The notes under the pieces were generated by a model. It saw nothing but the letters and a program-made list of their open reading frames with translations. It was not told where the DNA came from and searched no databases. 64,000 nt of DNA from Podarcis liolepis (Eukaryota): NCBI GenBank assembly GCA_965112155.1, contig OZ218109.1; one strand, given 5' to 3'. The stretch's first letter is position 1; each line of letters opens with the position of its first letter. Shown here one piece after another: positions 62,401 through 64,000 of this stretch. A program made the position numbers and the translations under genes.

Positions 62401-64000
62401 ATTACCAGCCCCTGCTACGTTAATAACTCCAGCAAGGCTTTAATGCACTCAGACTCCAAACGCAAAGCACCGAAGTGGGCGTGCAAGAAAACTCTGAAAC
62501 AGATGCACGGTTATAAAGGCCGTATTTTTACAGGTGGTTTTCACAACGTTTGACATCCGCTTCAAAGTCCTATATGACTTACTAAAAAACCAAGCGGCCC
62601 ACATGGTAATAACACATTCCTTGGCCCGATACACTTAATGCATTTTATCCAGAGGAACATACATCAAAGAATATTTTCCTTAAGGAAAGATTTCACCTGA
62701 ACAACAACAAAAAAAAGATACTCAACAGGGTTTCTCACGGGCAGCAAAAGCTTGCCGCCATTTTAAAATGGCTATTTTGTGCCAGCGGCCATTTATTACT
62801 TCTTTTGGAATGCAATGGCTATGAAGGTGTGGCCTTAAATAGATCCCAGACAAAAACTAACTAGTTGCACCTGAATCCTGTCCCACATGCTGAAGAGAAC
62901 CCACGTGCAAATCGATCCTCTTCAGCACAGGGACGGGGAAGCTTTTCCAGACCTTGGGCTGCAATCACTCACAGGAGAGCTCCTTGGGCCTGCATGCCAT
63001 TGGTGCAAAGGACCAAAGGTAAACACTGGTGTAGCCAGAGGCAAACATAGGCAAAGAAACAGATGTGACTCTTATCTTTGTACAGTAGGCCACATTCTCC
63101 GAATGCAGAACCCAGAAGTTTATAAACACAGAGGGAGAGCTGTCTCCATCCAGTAAGGCAAGAGGCATCACCACAGTCCAAGGTTTCATTTCAAAACCAC
63201 TTGAGGTGAAGGAACAGGGAGGATCCATGGCCTAGGGAGAGGGGTTGTAGCCTAGGCAAAATTCAAGGGCTAACAGAGAATTTGGCCCCAGATCCTGAAG
63301 TTCCCTACCTCTGCTTTAATATTTTACAGCTGGCCAGGGAGAGCAGCCGCTAGCTACATCAATTTAAATTACACAAAGCACCAATAAATATTTGGGATTG
63401 TGTCTCATCCACATCAATATTGACAAGCAGAAGTGTTAGACCTGTAATGAAAACCTTGCTGAGCTCAACAGGGCTTGCTCCTGAAGCGACTACATAAGAC
63501 TGTGAGGTTTTTGTTTTGGCATAAGTTGCACATGTGCCCAACTCTCCCAACTTAAACCAATGTGAGAACAAGGATACGATACGATAATCTTTATTGTCAT
63601 TGTCCCATACAGCACAACGAAATTGAAAAGGATTATGGAACACCAATCAGAAGAGGGTACAACCCAAAACATATCTATGCAGAAGTAAGTCCTACTGAAT
63701 TCTCTAAGGCTTATTCCTTATTCGATAAGGCTTATTTCTGGGTTAGGAGCGTAGCTGTAGTCAGCAACACTTTGCCTCCTAGAAGGCAGTATGAAAGTAT
63801 CTTAAGATTCAAATAAACTGTCTTGGTTTGGTTAACCAGCTGATGGTAGATCCCTTTCCCTTTCAAAGTATGATTTCTCACCACCAGGACTAAACAGTTA
63901 TCTCCTGGAGTAGACACTGGTGGGAAGCCTGATTAACACTTTACAGAGGTTTCTCCTAACCTCTGTTGAGTTAGATTGTATTAGGAGATCCTGAATTAAG

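Noticed and set aside
27045-64000. Upstream constitutive KIAA1217 exons (the GVLYLQYG.. and NIQDRS..NGDMR exons)
   Set aside because: Searched by eye and not found; probably beyond the right edge. A small diverged exon could have been missed.

Overview
Vertebrate (squamate, most likely lacertid lizard) genomic DNA, judged from Sauria/POM-type SINEs and other squamate repeats. The window lies inside one gene on the minus strand, KIAA1217 (SKT, sickle tail homolog; SRCIN1/p140Cap paralog). Ten GT-AG coding exons between 27044 and 166 splice in frame into 2406 nt (802 codons, MQREIFS...KDSTLVK). The gene continues past the left edge. The upstream constitutive exons were not found, so 27045-64000 appears to be part of one very large intron. 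The rest is intronic: SINEs, L1/L2/CR1/RTE-X fragments, hAT and Tc1/mariner (Tigger-like) MITEs, microsatellites and one 135-N gap. Most ORF-track entries are spurious. Main leads: (1) an RTE-type retroelement 5' leader at about 29.17-29.45 kb that folds as an HDV-like ribozyme with an unusual hairpin inserted in L3; (2) a 5'-inverted (twin-primed) L1; (3) a TATA-associated in-frame alternative first exon at about 62.1-62.4 kb; (4) a 12/21-nt dual-acceptor microexon (in-frame vs poison); (5) inverted SINEs flanking a 279-nt exon pair that would form a stop-free circRNA ORF. All five are hand-derived hypotheses; no searches or folding programs were run, and family names are from recognition.
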